Shown here one piece after another: positions 50,709 to 61,600 of a DNA stretch of 64,000 nt (within the stretch, counting starts at the first letter, position 1; every line of letters starts with the position of its first letter). Both the position numbers and the translations under genes were made by a program. The DNA lies in assembly GCA_000320545.1 (NCBI GenBank), contig ADNK01000550.1, positions 1-64,000 of the forward strand. The letters run 5' to 3'. The notes under the pieces are model-generated. The model did not search any database, was not told where the DNA came from, and saw nothing but the letters and a program-made list of their open reading frames with translations. The stretch comes from Bigelowiella natans CCMP2755. Taxonomy: Eukaryota; Protista; Cercozoa.

Positions 50709-52880
50709 ATGAACAAGCAGTACGGTGTCAAATTCAAAACATCAAAAATGAAACGGAAACAAATCTCCTCTCCCACGTTCACACCACCCAAGTCCAAGAT
50801 TCCTAAAACCGAGATGAACGCCATGACTTCCGTGCTCAGGGAGTTGGCCGAGGTCGAACTTGATTTTGTAAAGTCCTGCTACTCGAGAAGGTACATCGAG
50901 GTCGACATCAATTCGCGTCACGACAAAATCAGGGATTTGACGAGAATCCTTGCCACGCATCCCGACAATGCACCTTTGATGCAGCCCGTGGTCACTGCAA
51001 TGGTGACGAGATTCAAGTCATCCAGCCGCACACAAAAACGTTTTGACCATGACAGGATCATCCACAATTGCAGCAAAATTCACGCGCTATCTCAAACTCA
51101 CGTATTTGCAAGTGCATTCAACGACATGTTTCTGTACGAGATCAACAAAAACAAGCATTCTGATGACCTGCGCAGAACCTTTAGAATTGGGTCATTAACT
51201 TTCAATGCTTCGAAACGGTGCGTGGATTCTAAGAGCAAATTCAACACATGGCCCAAACAAAGCCAGGCAATATACTGGCATACGCACACGCTCAAACCTG
51301 CAATTACTTGGTACCACAAAATGCTCCGCGATCAAACCGAAAAAAACATCGTTCGAGCGAACCTGAGATTAAAAATGAGTGCACGTGCGACAAATTCGCA
51401 CCACAGCACAGGCATTAGAAATGAAACGCCTTGTGAGTTGAAAGAGATGTGTTCAGCATATCTCATACCTTTGAGTTACGATGTCGCGAGAAAATTTGCT
51501 TTGTTCAAATCAATGCTACGTCGGGCACAAAGACTCCTTGACCTTGCTACAAATTTGAAAGAATTTCATTCGAGAGACAAAAACGTTCCGTTGTACACAC
51601 GAGTTTGGGAGGGCATTGTGAAGAGTGTGACGAAGTTTCCCAGAAGCCTGCACGATTCAAACTCCAGACTTGCTAGTCTGACAAAAATGACGTTGTGCAC
51701 GCACATGGCAGACACGGAACTGAGTAATGACGCGAAACTTCTTTACCTCATCTTGATTGAGATCATGCACAATGAAAATTGCCACCAATTCGATCGCCGT
51801 GACAAGATGAAGTCATTCTTAGATGTGACAAATCTTTTGATGGTAACTGGGTCGATCAAATTCAAGAATTCCACAAACAACAATTTTTCATTGTTCAACG
51901 TCCTCTCAATGACGAATCTTTTGGATGGTTTGGAATTTCTTCAATTCAATGAGCGTCTTAACTACAGAATGACACACTTTAGAAACAAAGATCGGAGCCT
52001 GTTGATGCAACAAAAATCGGGATATCTCTTTGACTTGCAGTTCATAAACCTGCAGCCCAAAACAGAAGGATTGGGCAGTGAAGACCAGTTTCGCAGGTCA
52101 ACTTGCATGCATGTCGACATGACGACACAAGCCATTTTGGCTACTGAATGTAAAAACATGACTCCGTTCTTCGATGACTCGCAAACATCTCTGAGCATGC
52201 GAATTGGTCGAAGTGCGATGCGGACTTTGATTGAGGACGATGCTGTTGTGCAACCGCACAAGACTGGCTTTGCAATGTCAACAAGGTTCCCATTCCCCGA
52301 CATAGGCAGAATGTATCATCTTGTGCACGCAACTCAGAGTCGAAGGTGCATTAAAAATAGCGTTGTGTCACCTGACATTCGCAAAATCACAGAAGCGTCG
52401 AACCTTCTAACCAACTGGACAGTCATTCGACTCGCAGAAAGGCAAGTTAGAGGTCTCCAGAAGGTGTTGTCCAAGTTTTTCCCTGATTGCGTAACAAACA
52501 TCGTGTTCAATTACTTTTACGGGTGTGAATCAGTGGAAGACACGTCGTCTCAGACTCCTAACATCGCACACTCGGCTGCGACAGCGTTGTGTGACGCCTT
52601 CACTGTGATACACAATGAAAAGTATGAGCCAGACGTGATGTTTGAAACACCTAACGAGTACCAAACCAACACTCAACACCTGTTTCGCGGCACGCGGGTT
52701 CCTGTGATCGGAAACATGTTGAATTCTAGTCGACTGGTTCCTTTTACCTGGAATGGACGACAGTTTTACCAGCAACATGTGTCCCCAAAAGAGCCTTTGT
52801 CACATCTGTCAATTAAATGTGAAATGAGTTTCGTTGCCGACTCCTTGTCATCTTTAATGAATGAAACCGTGTCATGTTGA
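50709..52880 (+). CDS. Large hypothetical protein
   Basis: 723-aa ORF; FPDCVTNIVFNY weakly F-box/SOCS-like. Confidence 0.85.
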   Translation: MNKQYGVKFKTSKMKRKQISSPTFTPPKSKIPKTEMNAMTSVLRELAEVELDFVKSCYSRRYIEVDINSRHDKIRDLTRILATHPDNAPLMQPVVTAMVTRFKSSSRTQKRFDHDRIIHNCSKIHALSQTHVFASAFNDMFLYEINKNKHSDDLRRTFRIGSLTFNASKRCVDSKSKFNTWPKQSQAIYWHTHTLKPAITWYHKMLRDQTEKNIVRANLRLKMSARATNSHHSTGIRNETPCELKEMCSAYLIPLSYDVARKFALFKSMLRRAQRLLDLATNLKEFHSRDKNVPLYTRVWEGIVKSVTKFPRSLHDSNSRLASLTKMTLCTHMADTELSNDAKLLYLILIEIMHNENCHQFDRRDKMKSFLDVTNLLMVTGSIKFKNSTNNNFSLFNVLSMTNLLDGLEFLQFNERLNYRMTHFRNKDRSLLMQQKSGYLFDLQFINLQPKTEGLGSEDQFRRSTCMHVDMTTQAILATECKNMTPFFDDSQTSLSMRIGRSAMRTLIEDDAVVQPHKTGFAMSTRFPFPDIGRMYHLVHATQSRRCIKNSVVSPDIRKITEASNLLTNWTVIRLAERQVRGLQKVLSKFFPDCVTNIVFNYFYGCESVEDTSSQTPNIAHSAATALCDAFTVIHNEKYEPDVMFETPNEYQTNTQHLFRGTRVPVIGNMLNSSRLVPFTWNGRQFYQQHVSPKEPLSHLSIKCEMSFVADSLSSLMNETVSC

Positions 52881-52975
52881 AATGTTAAACAGACGATGAA
52901 CAGTCTCACAATTACATCAACTTTTTTTTTGCGCGCACGTCCTTTCCTTTTTAGCTTCGTGGCGAAGCTAAATCA

Positions 52976-54934
52976 ATGCTAAACTTTGTCATCTTGCAAG
53001 AGACTTTGCAAGAACTCTTTGAGTTCTCTGTGGTGAGTGGCAGGCGCCTTGCCATTGTTTCCATTCTGTTGCTCTTTGCTGCGTTGTATGTAGCAATTCA
53101 GTCCGCTTTTGAATATGTTGAGGATGACCTTTTGAGCAAAAAAACCGCCGTACGCCTTGGAAAAAGGGCGGGTGCAGCAATGTTTGGACCAATGTTCGAC
53201 GGCATCATGTTTGTAGTTAGCAACGCCTTCAATGTCATAGGTGTCGGTCTCTCTGCTTCTGCCCAAAGTGTCATCGACTTAGCAAGACAGTTTGTGCAGA
53301 GAACCCGGGCTTTGGAAGGTGTGCTTGTTAACAGGTTTCGCAAAATCATCGATGGGGCAGAAAAGGAGATAGATGCTGCAAAAAGGGGACTCACAACAGC
53401 CTTGAAGGATGCAGCTGAGTTTGAGAAAGAGGCAAACAGAGAAACCAAAAAGGCGTTTGCAATTGTGGGAAAACAAATTAACAAAGCATTTAAAGAGACA
53501 ATACCAAACTTTGGTTCAAGGCAGATGCAGATAGTAAAAACCGGGATCAACAATTCTGCTGCGGACACCAAGCGAGCTTTGTTTGGGAAAAATGCAGCTG
53601 CGAAAGAGATGTCTGATGCCGCAGCTCAGGTTGTTAAGCAGCTTGGAATAACGGAAGCTGCAAAGTTTACAAACACCGGTGTGTCAAAACTAGCGAGCAA
53701 AGGGCCGTCCATGAGCGCCTTAAACGTCACAGCGAACTTAAAAATCTCTAAGATTGATCAAGACATGGACGCGCTACGCAAGAACATCGAAAAAGTGTTT
53801 AACAAAGAGAGCAAGTCAGCCATAAAATTCCTTTCTGGGGGTGCGAAGAAAGCTGAAAAATTCATTGACAACACGAGCGGCACGGTGACCAAAAACATAG
53901 ACAATGTAGCCTCTCAACTTGGCATCGGTTCGAACACATTCCGTGACATTGGAAACAACATCGGCAAGTTGTTTGGTAAGAAACACAAGGAGTGTGATGA
54001 TGGTCCTTGCGGTGTGCGCTGCCAGTTTGTTGATTCGTACAAAGACTACTTCACACGCAACGTTTGTCTTGTGCTTGTCATACAAAAACACAAGTGTGCC
54101 TGCAAGTTTCCTCAAGATTGGCGCATCGCCCCTCGAATGAATCGATCTGCTGCCATTGAAACACACAATGGCTGTGAATCCGATTTTAGAATTCTGACGC
54201 AGGTGTGCCACGTAATCGATCGGGTCAATATCAAGTCCGGTCGTGACTGGGAGATTCCGATGAACACGGGGTATTTCAAAACCCAAAACGTGATGAAAGA
54301 AATTTCGCAACGCAAATGGGACGGACTATGGGCCAAGCTCCTTCCCGTGAATGTAGCAACAAAAGAACGTCGCATGGGACAGGCCTTCAAACAGTATGTA
54401 AAAGACGGGGATGGCATGCACCATCTGATGTTCGACATGTTCATGCACCGGTTTTTGACCTCGCCCAAATTTAGACAAGGCTTCAACAAAATGCCCGACA
54501 CCCAGATCGACACGTTTGCTCGGGAATGGCGCGTCGAATCGATGGATTTGGTCATGAGTGCGCTCTCTAAGAACCCTTTATTCGAAAATGAATGGTATTG
54601 CAAGTACTACAAGGCGTTCCAGAAAAGCCTGCACAATGCCAGGGTGGCCGTCGAGCAGGTCCAAAACGATAGTGCAAATGCATTCGACAAAGTCACTGCG
54701 ACGAGCACAGGTGTCGATGGGACAGGAAAAGACATGATGGGCGTGGCGGTCAACAAATTTCGTTCAGCGCAAAAGAAAATCGACGATTTCCTTTACGGAA
54801 TGCACGACACATTGATGAACAGAGGTTTAAACAGCACCACTTACGGTCATTTTCGCAACCCACGCGACGGTGAGGGGTTGATGTGGCTGCGGCGCACATT
54901 GCTCCCGATTGGGGCATACGATTATTTTCGTTGA
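52976..54934 (+). CDS. Membrane-anchored helical-repeat protein with Cys-rich domain
   Basis: N-terminal TM, Ala/Lys amphipathic repeats, CDDGPCGVRC...CAC; N-terminus paralogous to 57420..58298. Confidence 0.85.
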   Translation: MLNFVILQETLQELFEFSVVSGRRLAIVSILLLFAALYVAIQSAFEYVEDDLLSKKTAVRLGKRAGAAMFGPMFDGIMFVVSNAFNVIGVGLSASAQSVIDLARQFVQRTRALEGVLVNRFRKIIDGAEKEIDAAKRGLTTALKDAAEFEKEANRETKKAFAIVGKQINKAFKETIPNFGSRQMQIVKTGINNSAADTKRALFGKNAAAKEMSDAAAQVVKQLGITEAAKFTNTGVSKLASKGPSMSALNVTANLKISKIDQDMDALRKNIEKVFNKESKSAIKFLSGGAKKAEKFIDNTSGTVTKNIDNVASQLGIGSNTFRDIGNNIGKLFGKKHKECDDGPCGVRCQFVDSYKDYFTRNVCLVLVIQKHKCACKFPQDWRIAPRMNRSAAIETHNGCESDFRILTQVCHVIDRVNIKSGRDWEIPMNTGYFKTQNVMKEISQRKWDGLWAKLLPVNVATKERRMGQAFKQYVKDGDGMHHLMFDMFMHRFLTSPKFRQGFNKMPDTQIDTFAREWRVESMDLVMSALSKNPLFENEWYCKYYKAFQKSLHNARVAVEQVQNDSANAFDKVTATSTGVDGTGKDMMGVAVNKFRSAQKKIDDFLYGMHDTLMNRGLNSTTYGHFRNPRDGEGLMWLRRTLLPIGAYDYFR

Positions 54935-54954
54935 TCAAAAGAAACATGCATTGA

Positions 54955-56229
54955 TCATGTGTTGGGCATGTAGGATTGTATTTCCGCGTTGTGTGAAAAA
55001 AGATGCTGAGGCGCATCCGACGACAAATTTGCCTTTGATTTCCGTCTGTTCCGGCTAGACTTCCGGAGCATTTTTAATATTCTTGCGTTGTCACTTCGAT
55101 CACGCTTTCTGTTGCTCGCGGCGTGTCGATGCTGCTGCTTTCTGTCGGGTCCTCGCTCAGGTCCTGTCTCTGCTTGGTTGGACAAATACCTCTTGCACAT
55201 GCCTAACAACTTGTCAGAAGGAATTATGTTGAGGTTTTTGTAGGATTTGTTGTCTTCGACACTTGCTAAAAGCATTGCTATGAGTGATGACGTTTCATTG
55301 GACCCTTGCACGGGCTTTTGCGTGCCTTTCGCGATTTGCATGAACTGAAACAACTTGATTTTGTTGTTGTTGAGGATGCAGGAAGTTATTGAGTTGCTGT
55401 GACTGTTACAGAGGATGTTCGTGGAGTTTTGCAAAAGGATGTTTTGATCACTAAACAGATAAGTAGTCTTGACGTCGATGTTTGTCGGTGCATTGTCACG
55501 CAACGCCGATCGTCTTAGCTGCGCGACTGACTTGTTTGTAGCGCCCATGTACTCGCTAAACAAACGCTTGACATCTAATATTTGAAGCATGAGTCGACAA
55601 ATCGTGGCATTCAGTTCGTCCCTTGTCATGAACCCTCCATACTCTTGAAGCAACAATTTGTTCAAATTCTGAGAGTCGCTCATGAATTCATATTCAAAAA
55701 TATTGCACTTTTTGTGCCGTTGCAATGTTCCATTGGCTTGTGTCAGCCTTGTCCCCAGTTGAAAATAGGCGATTCGCATGATTTTGTACATGTTTCTTGA
55801 TATTTCATCAACATCCGCTGCCTTGAACGAGGATGACATTTTCGCGTAGTTCAGAGCGCAAATCGGCGAACAAAACTGCCCTACGCCTTTTGTGAACTCG
55901 GGTATTGGGGGCATTTGTGTGCTAAAAGTGTCATTTTGCATCGCATCCTTGTTGTCTTCTTTGTATTGTTTCCATTGACGAACGCTGTTGCGAGTTTCAC
56001 CCATTGGTATGCAGAAAATCGGGTAATTGTTGTTGCTTTTCCTACTCTCGGCAATTCGCTTGCTCCGGTTTCGGTTGTACCGAAGAGTTTTGCAGTTTAT
56101 TGTTTTCAAATTAACGTTCTGGTGATTGCGTCTTGTGAGTAGGTGTCGCATGCAACTCATCATCAAAGCGGACGGACTGTTAGCGCTGCACAAATCAACG
56201 TCACAGTTCCAGCATTTGAGTGTACACAT
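54955..56229 (-). CDS. VLTF2-like viral late transcription factor (poxvirus A1L family)
   Basis: CWNC...PIFCIP...G.GQFCSPICALNY...LLQEYGGFMTRDE matches the NCLDV VLTF2 pattern. Confidence 0.75.
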   Translation of the reverse strand: MCTLKCWNCDVDLCSANSPSALMMSCMRHLLTRRNHQNVNLKTINCKTLRYNRNRSKRIAESRKSNNNYPIFCIPMGETRNSVRQWKQYKEDNKDAMQNDTFSTQMPPIPEFTKGVGQFCSPICALNYAKMSSSFKAADVDEISRNMYKIMRIAYFQLGTRLTQANGTLQRHKKCNIFEYEFMSDSQNLNKLLLQEYGGFMTRDELNATICRLMLQILDVKRLFSEYMGATNKSVAQLRRSALRDNAPTNIDVKTTYLFSDQNILLQNSTNILCNSHSNSITSCILNNNKIKLFQFMQIAKGTQKPVQGSNETSSLIAMLLASVEDNKSYKNLNIIPSDKLLGMCKRYLSNQAETGPERGPDRKQQHRHAASNRKRDRSDNARILKMLRKSSRNRRKSKANLSSDAPQHLFSHNAEIQSYMPNT

Positions 56230-56279
56230 TCTACTGTGATTGTTTGGTGTTTAATGATTCTTAGCTCAAAAGAAATAAA

Positions 56280-56879
56280 ATGTGTGTAGATGAAATACAC
56301 GCTTTGAACGAGACATCGAACCCATTGGAGCACATTTGCGGTACGGAACGAAGCAGGATGGATTGGCCTAACCTGCATGAAGTGTCATCTTTCATGTCGC
56401 TCGTGCACGACAGGTACAAGCGCATCATGCAAAACAATTCGAAGTGGAGTTTGTGCAAGACTAGACGATCAATCTTTGTGCGTTCAAAATCGGCACACCC
56501 GACCAAAAAGGGAGATGTGACGCCCAATTCCATGGTGGTACATGCACACATGGCCACACACCTGAAGTACCTTGTTGAAGCCTATGAGATTTTGGTGCGC
56601 AAATTGAGGTCAATGCATTTTGGTCAACAGATCACTTTGCAAATCTGTGATCGGGTAACAGCACAGCTTTTCCTAAACATGCTACAAGAAACAATGCAGC
56701 AGAAGGTGCGAATGTGCAACCTGAAAAAAACATTAAACGTCACGTACAACTCGAATCATTTCGCGAAATCTGGGCTGTTAGAATGCATGCATGCATCCTG
56801 CTGCATTCGTCGGGTCAACCCCCAATTTCCGATGCCATGTTTGATGGAAATCTGCACGTACCTTGTCAAAATGTGTTAA
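56280..56879 (+). CDS. Hypothetical protein
   Basis: 199-aa ORF. Confidence 0.65.
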   Translation: MCVDEIHALNETSNPLEHICGTERSRMDWPNLHEVSSFMSLVHDRYKRIMQNNSKWSLCKTRRSIFVRSKSAHPTKKGDVTPNSMVVHAHMATHLKYLVEAYEILVRKLRSMHFGQQITLQICDRVTAQLFLNMLQETMQQKVRMCNLKKTLNVTYNSNHFAKSGLLECMHASCCIRRVNPQFPMPCLMEICTYLVKMC

Positions 56880-56888
56880 TTTGTTACT

Positions 56889-57221
56889 TTACTCAGCTGC
56901 AGGTGGGTTTGTTTCTGAGGTAGTCGTATCTGGATCGGCTGCTTCAGTAGGTGGGACGCTCTCGGTGCCATCAAGAGCAACCACACAGCACAGATCGGTC
57001 GCGGCGTGTAGGACTTGCGAGTAGAATGTGTAGACAGCGGCAATGCCAACCAGACAGTACACAACTCGGGTCAAGTCACTGGCATATCCAAACAGTCTTG
57101 AAACCAGATTGATCCCGTAAAACCCGATGAGACCCCAGTTGAGCCCTCCCACAACCAAAAGTGTCTTCGCGACAATGTCGACGTAGCTCCATGGCCAGGT
57201 GTATGAATGCGCACAGTGCAT
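56889..57221 (-). CDS. DUF378-family small membrane protein
   Basis: LLVVGGLNWGLIGFYGINLVSRLFG...RVVYCLVGIAAVY. Confidence 0.88.
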   Translation of the reverse strand: MHCAHSYTWPWSYVDIVAKTLLVVGGLNWGLIGFYGINLVSRLFGYASDLTRVVYCLVGIAAVYTFYSQVLHAATDLCCVVALDGTESVPPTEAADPDTTTSETNPPAAE

Positions 57222-57419
57222 TTTTAGACAGGATTTTACCTTTAGTTTTTGTGATCACTCTTGAGTAGTGATGTGGGTATGTGAAATGTTTTCTTCATGA
57301 ATATAACAAATAGAAAAAAATATTGCTGTCGACATTGTTGTTTTGTTTTGCTCATCTCTGCACTCTAAAAAAACACCCTGTCTAAAGTTAATTTTGGCTG
57401 AGCACCAAAAGAACTCATC

Positions 57420-58298
57420 ATGATCGCGGACTTCCTGCAGGGTTTTATGCTCATATATGAATGGGCAAAAACAACAGGGCTCGTCATTCTTCGACGACTC
57501 GAGATATTCGGCATCAGCAGTCTGCTCTTTACAATGGGGCTTTTGGCGTATGGAATCCTACAATCAATAGCCGCGTTGTTCGACACTGGAAAATCTGCAG
57601 GCAAATTTGTCGGAAAAAAGATGTTTCATCCGGTGTTTAGTGGCATTCAGGCGCTGATCAACATCATATTCGGCTTTTTTCAAGAAGCCTTAAACACACT
57701 AAAGACTGTGGTCAACCAAATCGTCAGATTTCTTCGGATGATGAAACAAAAATTCGACGAAATATTCAAATTGACAAAGAGGAAAATGAACCAGGCGTTC
57801 CAGGAACTAAAATCCTCTGCGGATGTAGTCAAAAATGGCGTTTTGGCCGGGGCACGAGCAGCAGAAGAAGGTTTAAAGATGGCCGGCGGGAGTGTAAAAG
57901 CTTCCATCAAGAATCTAAAACAAGAAGGCAAGGATGCCATTCGCGGGATAGATCAAGGATTAGCAAAGTTCGGCTCCAAAATGGACAAACTTGGCGAAAA
58001 CGCGATCAGCGGGATGAAAAAAGCAGCGAATAAGGAGATCGGTAGAATAGCAAAAACTTTCGACGGTGGCAATTTCAAACTGAACACGTTTAAAACCAAC
58101 GCCATTGGAAACATTAACGTGGTTTCATCGGCCGAAATAGTGCGAATGAACAAGAAAGTTGATGAGTTCATAGTGAAATTGAACGCCAAAGCCGACAAAG
58201 AGATCAAACGAGTTGCAGACGCAGCAAAAAATGCATACAACAGGCAAAAGGAAAAGCTGAAAAACTTTGCTAAAAACTTAAATCCAGCCAAGCTATGA
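57420..58298 (+). CDS. Membrane-anchored amphipathic-helix protein (paralogue of 52976..54934)
   Basis: RRL.I..I..L.....Y...QS...GK..G..MF.P.F.GI shared. Confidence 0.82.
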   Translation: MIADFLQGFMLIYEWAKTTGLVILRRLEIFGISSLLFTMGLLAYGILQSIAALFDTGKSAGKFVGKKMFHPVFSGIQALINIIFGFFQEALNTLKTVVNQIVRFLRMMKQKFDEIFKLTKRKMNQAFQELKSSADVVKNGVLAGARAAEEGLKMAGGSVKASIKNLKQEGKDAIRGIDQGLAKFGSKMDKLGENAISGMKKAANKEIGRIAKTFDGGNFKLNTFKTNAIGNINVVSSAEIVRMNKKVDEFIVKLNAKADKEIKRVADAAKNAYNRQKEKLKNFAKNLNPAKL

Positions 58299-58379
58299 GG
58301 TGTCTCATTTCAAAAAAAATTTAGTGTTTGCATGTTCTCATCACGTGAGCACAATGCTTGCACAACACACGAACACTAA

Positions 58380-58703
58380 ATGGATACGATGTCAAGTGTG
58401 GACGAAAAAAAGGCAAAAAGCAATGACGCCATAAAAATGAGGCGAATGCGCATTACCAAAGCTATACAGAGAAACGAAGAGCTTGTGGAGGACTTGAAGC
58501 ACATGTCAGGTGAGCTTCTGAAAGCCGTGAAAGAAGGGGACATGGCCAAGACCGAGGTTTACATCAAAGAAAATGTTGACCTTTACAAGGAGGTAGTTCA
58601 CAAGGTGCGTTCTGTGCACGAAACTTTGCGCTCCGCAATTGACCTCAATGGTGACGGGGTCATTGACGAAAAGGATTGCGCTTGCTGCATTGGGTGCTCA
58701 TGA
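58380..58703 (+). CDS. Small protein with C-terminal EF-hand loop and Cys-rich tail
   Basis: DLNGDGVIDEKD followed by CACCIGCS. Confidence 0.7.
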   Translation: MDTMSSVDEKKAKSNDAIKMRRMRITKAIQRNEELVEDLKHMSGELLKAVKEGDMAKTEVYIKENVDLYKEVVHKVRSVHETLRSAIDLNGDGVIDEKDCACCIGCS

Positions 58704-58785
58704 TGTGCACGAAATGTATATTTTTTTTCTAGGTTTTACTTTTGCATTTGGACAATGACCAATGTGACCAAAAATCGCACAAAAC

Positions 58786-59196
58786 ATGAACCGAAAAATC
58801 AAAATAAGCGACGATGACATCAAACAAATGAATGTCATGGACCCAGACAGGACGAAAATCTTGGATCCATGTCATGATTTGGCTTACAATATTTATTATA
58901 AGCACACACAAAAGGCGACTCCAAAAGACTACATTGCTTACAGGAATATGAATTGCAAAAAATGGCTTTGTCGAGATGCAGCTGCGGAGTACAAAGAATT
59001 GCTTGAAGAAAAGAAAACGTTACAAACTTTGGTGGGCCCAACATCACGCTCGCTTCCTATGAGCGATGTTTTGAAAGCACAAAAAGCGTACTACAGAAAC
59101 GAACTTAGTAAAATTCCTGGAAAAATAGAGAAATTCAAAACGGATTTTTGGCAAAAATTCAAATGCAACCAACATTTCACGTACAGGGACTTGTAA
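58786..59196 (+). CDS. Hypothetical protein
   Basis: 136-aa ATG ORF. Confidence 0.7.
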   Translation: MNRKIKISDDDIKQMNVMDPDRTKILDPCHDLAYNIYYKHTQKATPKDYIAYRNMNCKKWLCRDAAAEYKELLEEKKTLQTLVGPTSRSLPMSDVLKAQKAYYRNELSKIPGKIEKFKTDFWQKFKCNQHFTYRDL

Positions 59197-59843
59197 GAAA
59201 TCAAGCACTAGAGTTTGCGCAGGAATCATTTTTTTTTGTTGTTGATGAGTCACACCAAAGCGTGCACAACAATTGAGCTACGTCTACTCAAATGAACAGT
59301 AGCATCAGCACAACGAAATCAAAGTCACCCTCTCAAAAGTCCCCCCCAAACGCCTGGAGGGCACACCCGTGTCCCGCAAAATCGGGACGCTTTCCTATTC
59401 GTAGGATCCTCAAAAGGGTCTCTACGCAAGTGTCTGCAAATGTTGAAATCGATGAAACTGGTTCAAAAACGACTCACTGGACCGAGAGGTTGCTTTGTTG
59501 TGGATGATTGATGAATTGCCCATTTCACACAAGCAATGTTTGCATGCATGTTGCGCACAGAACGTGCATTGGTCACAAAAACAAGGCTCTTTATTAACAA
59601 ACAAAGAACATGATGCCAATCATCTCAAATTTCTGGTTTAACAAAAACTCCATTTTTTTCCAGTTCATTTTGATTTGAGAGTTGCAATTTTCGAAGTGGT
59701 CCTTTTTCGAATTTTGATATTTCGTGGGCATAGTTTCGTCGTTCGATCTGATTCCATTCCTTGCTTTCAGTCCAACAACGTTTAACGACTTTATTTCCTG
59801 GAAGGAAAACAAGCAAACGATGAATTTTTGATGCGAAACAAAA

Positions 59844-60359
59844 CTAAACGACGATCTCACCCTTCTTCCGCAGCATCTGTTGTTGTTTATCTGATGCCTT
59901 CAAAGCACTCACACGTCTCACCAGCAAAGACATGGAATTAGTTTGCAAACTTGGCAACCCAATTTTCGGTGAACGACTGATGCTTCGTTCCCAATTTTCG
60001 TCTATGGCTTTACGAACAAAGGTTTTGCGGTGAATCGATGGAAAGTTCTCCGCACCAGGCGATGATCGAGAAAGATTCAAGATGGGAATCACGTTTGACT
60101 TGTCCTTCACGGGTGTTTTTTTAAACACAAAGACCGACTTTTCATGAGATGGACTCTTAAAATTTTTTAACATCTCCATCTCACAACGTCTGGGACGCCA
60201 TCTGCGTCCCATCCACGGCCTCCGTCCAAAGTTTTTATCTTTGTCAAATTTTGCGCGGGGTGAATTCATCTTTACCCAGTTGTTACGCAACGTGTTTTTA
60301 GTCTCTCCCTCCACATCGATCTTGAGCGTGCTGAGTCTAGGTAGTTCCATGTTTGACAT
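59844..60359 (-). CDS. Basic hypothetical protein
   Basis: ORF 59844..60419; likely ATG at 60359, just after a TTTTGGCGGG motif. Confidence 0.6.
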   Translation of the reverse strand: MSNMELPRLSTLKIDVEGETKNTLRNNWVKMNSPRAKFDKDKNFGRRPWMGRRWRPRRCEMEMLKNFKSPSHEKSVFVFKKTPVKDKSNVIPILNLSRSSPGAENFPSIHRKTFVRKAIDENWERSISRSPKIGLPSLQTNSMSLLVRRVSALKASDKQQQMLRKKGEIVV

Positions 60360-60667
60360 TAACCCGCCAAAATGACTTTGACCGTAATCCAATGAGTTGA
60401 AAAACGCTACGAAGTACATGAAAAACGCTACGAATCAAAATTATGTAACATTAAGTAAAGATTATTGCCTAAAAAAATACAAACAGCTACAAGATGTTAG
60501 CTACGTGTTCAAAATAAATTTGATTGAATGCCAACCCAAATTTTAGATTAAGACATGATTGTCATCTAATTTGACTCAGCGACGAATTGCGTAAAAAAAC
60601 CGTTTTTTTCAGTCGTGTCGTTCCCACCGGTAGTGCCGGATTTAGTCCGCTACGGTGACAAAAAGCT

Positions 60668-61009
60668 TTAGCTACGAAAAAATACAGCAATTTTGGGATC
60701 CACAAATATTATTTTGTCCATGTACACCTGTTTCATACCGTATTGGGTTTCATTTATTTGGTACAGAACGTTACCCCGTCCGGGCCATTCATTGTATCCT
60801 ACGAAAATCCCCTTTGTTTCGTCGTGGTGTTCAGACAAATTGTCATGTGCCACAACGATGACCTTTGAATACAACAACTTGCTTTCATAATAAGAAAGTT
60901 TTCTTTTGAGTTCGTTGTTCTCATTTCGTAAACTTTGCACAAGAATGTCCTTGAGCGTCTTGCAAGTTGATGTGAACAAAGGACTAAGATGTTTAAAGTC
61001 TTCGCTCAT
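60668..61009 (-). CDS. Small hypothetical protein (coiled coil plus beta domain)
   Basis: 113-aa ATG ORF. Confidence 0.65.
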   Translation of the reverse strand: MSEDFKHLSPLFTSTCKTLKDILVQSLRNENNELKRKLSYYESKLLYSKVIVVAHDNLSEHHDETKGIFVGYNEWPGRGNVLYQINETQYGMKQVYMDKIIFVDPKIAVFFRS

Positions 61010-61186
61010 GTTGCGACGCTAGCTGCAATCATGCTACCGCTACCAGCAAAACATGTGCGCTGAACATATAATATTGTTGTGTGATAAAGCTCCATGTTTA
61101 AGCCATCACATGCACATTTCTGACAAGCAAACAAAGGGATTCGCAGCTGTGTGAGATTTAGTACCATTGAATTACATCATGGGGCT

Positions 61187-61600
61187 TCATTGGTCTCTAG
61201 ATTTCTTGTTTTTCCTTTTTTTCTGAGACCTCTTTCCTTTTTGACCCCTTGATTTTTTGAAATTTTTGTTGCGAGCGGTGTTTGTTTTGCTGTCCAATTC
61301 TCTGAATTCTTGAAGATGTTCGCAAAAAATGGTTTGGATGTCATTGCACAGCTCCTCAATGTCTTCGGCATCTTTGTTTAAGACAAAGAAGCTTTTGTTC
61401 ATGTCGAATTTCACTTTCCTTTTTAGCTCTGACTTCAAAATGTTCCATTTCTTTGCATTTTCATGATCAGGATCATTCTGCTTGACTCTTTCATTCTTCC
61501 AATTTTTCTTTTTGTGGTGTGACCTTCCCATGATGGTTTTTGTTGGAACATAGAGGTTCTTTCGGGCGGTCATCTTCGCGGCTGAAGTTGCTGCTTGCAT
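61187..61600 (-). CDS. Lys-rich hypothetical protein
   Basis: ORF 61187..61756; likely start near 61600. Confidence 0.6.
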   Translation of the reverse strand: MQAATSAAKMTARKNLYVPTKTIMGRSHHKKKNWKNERVKQNDPDHENAKKWNILKSELKRKVKFDMNKSFFVLNKDAEDIEELCNDIQTIFCEHLQEFRELDSKTNTARNKNFKKSRGQKGKRSQKKRKNKKSRDQ

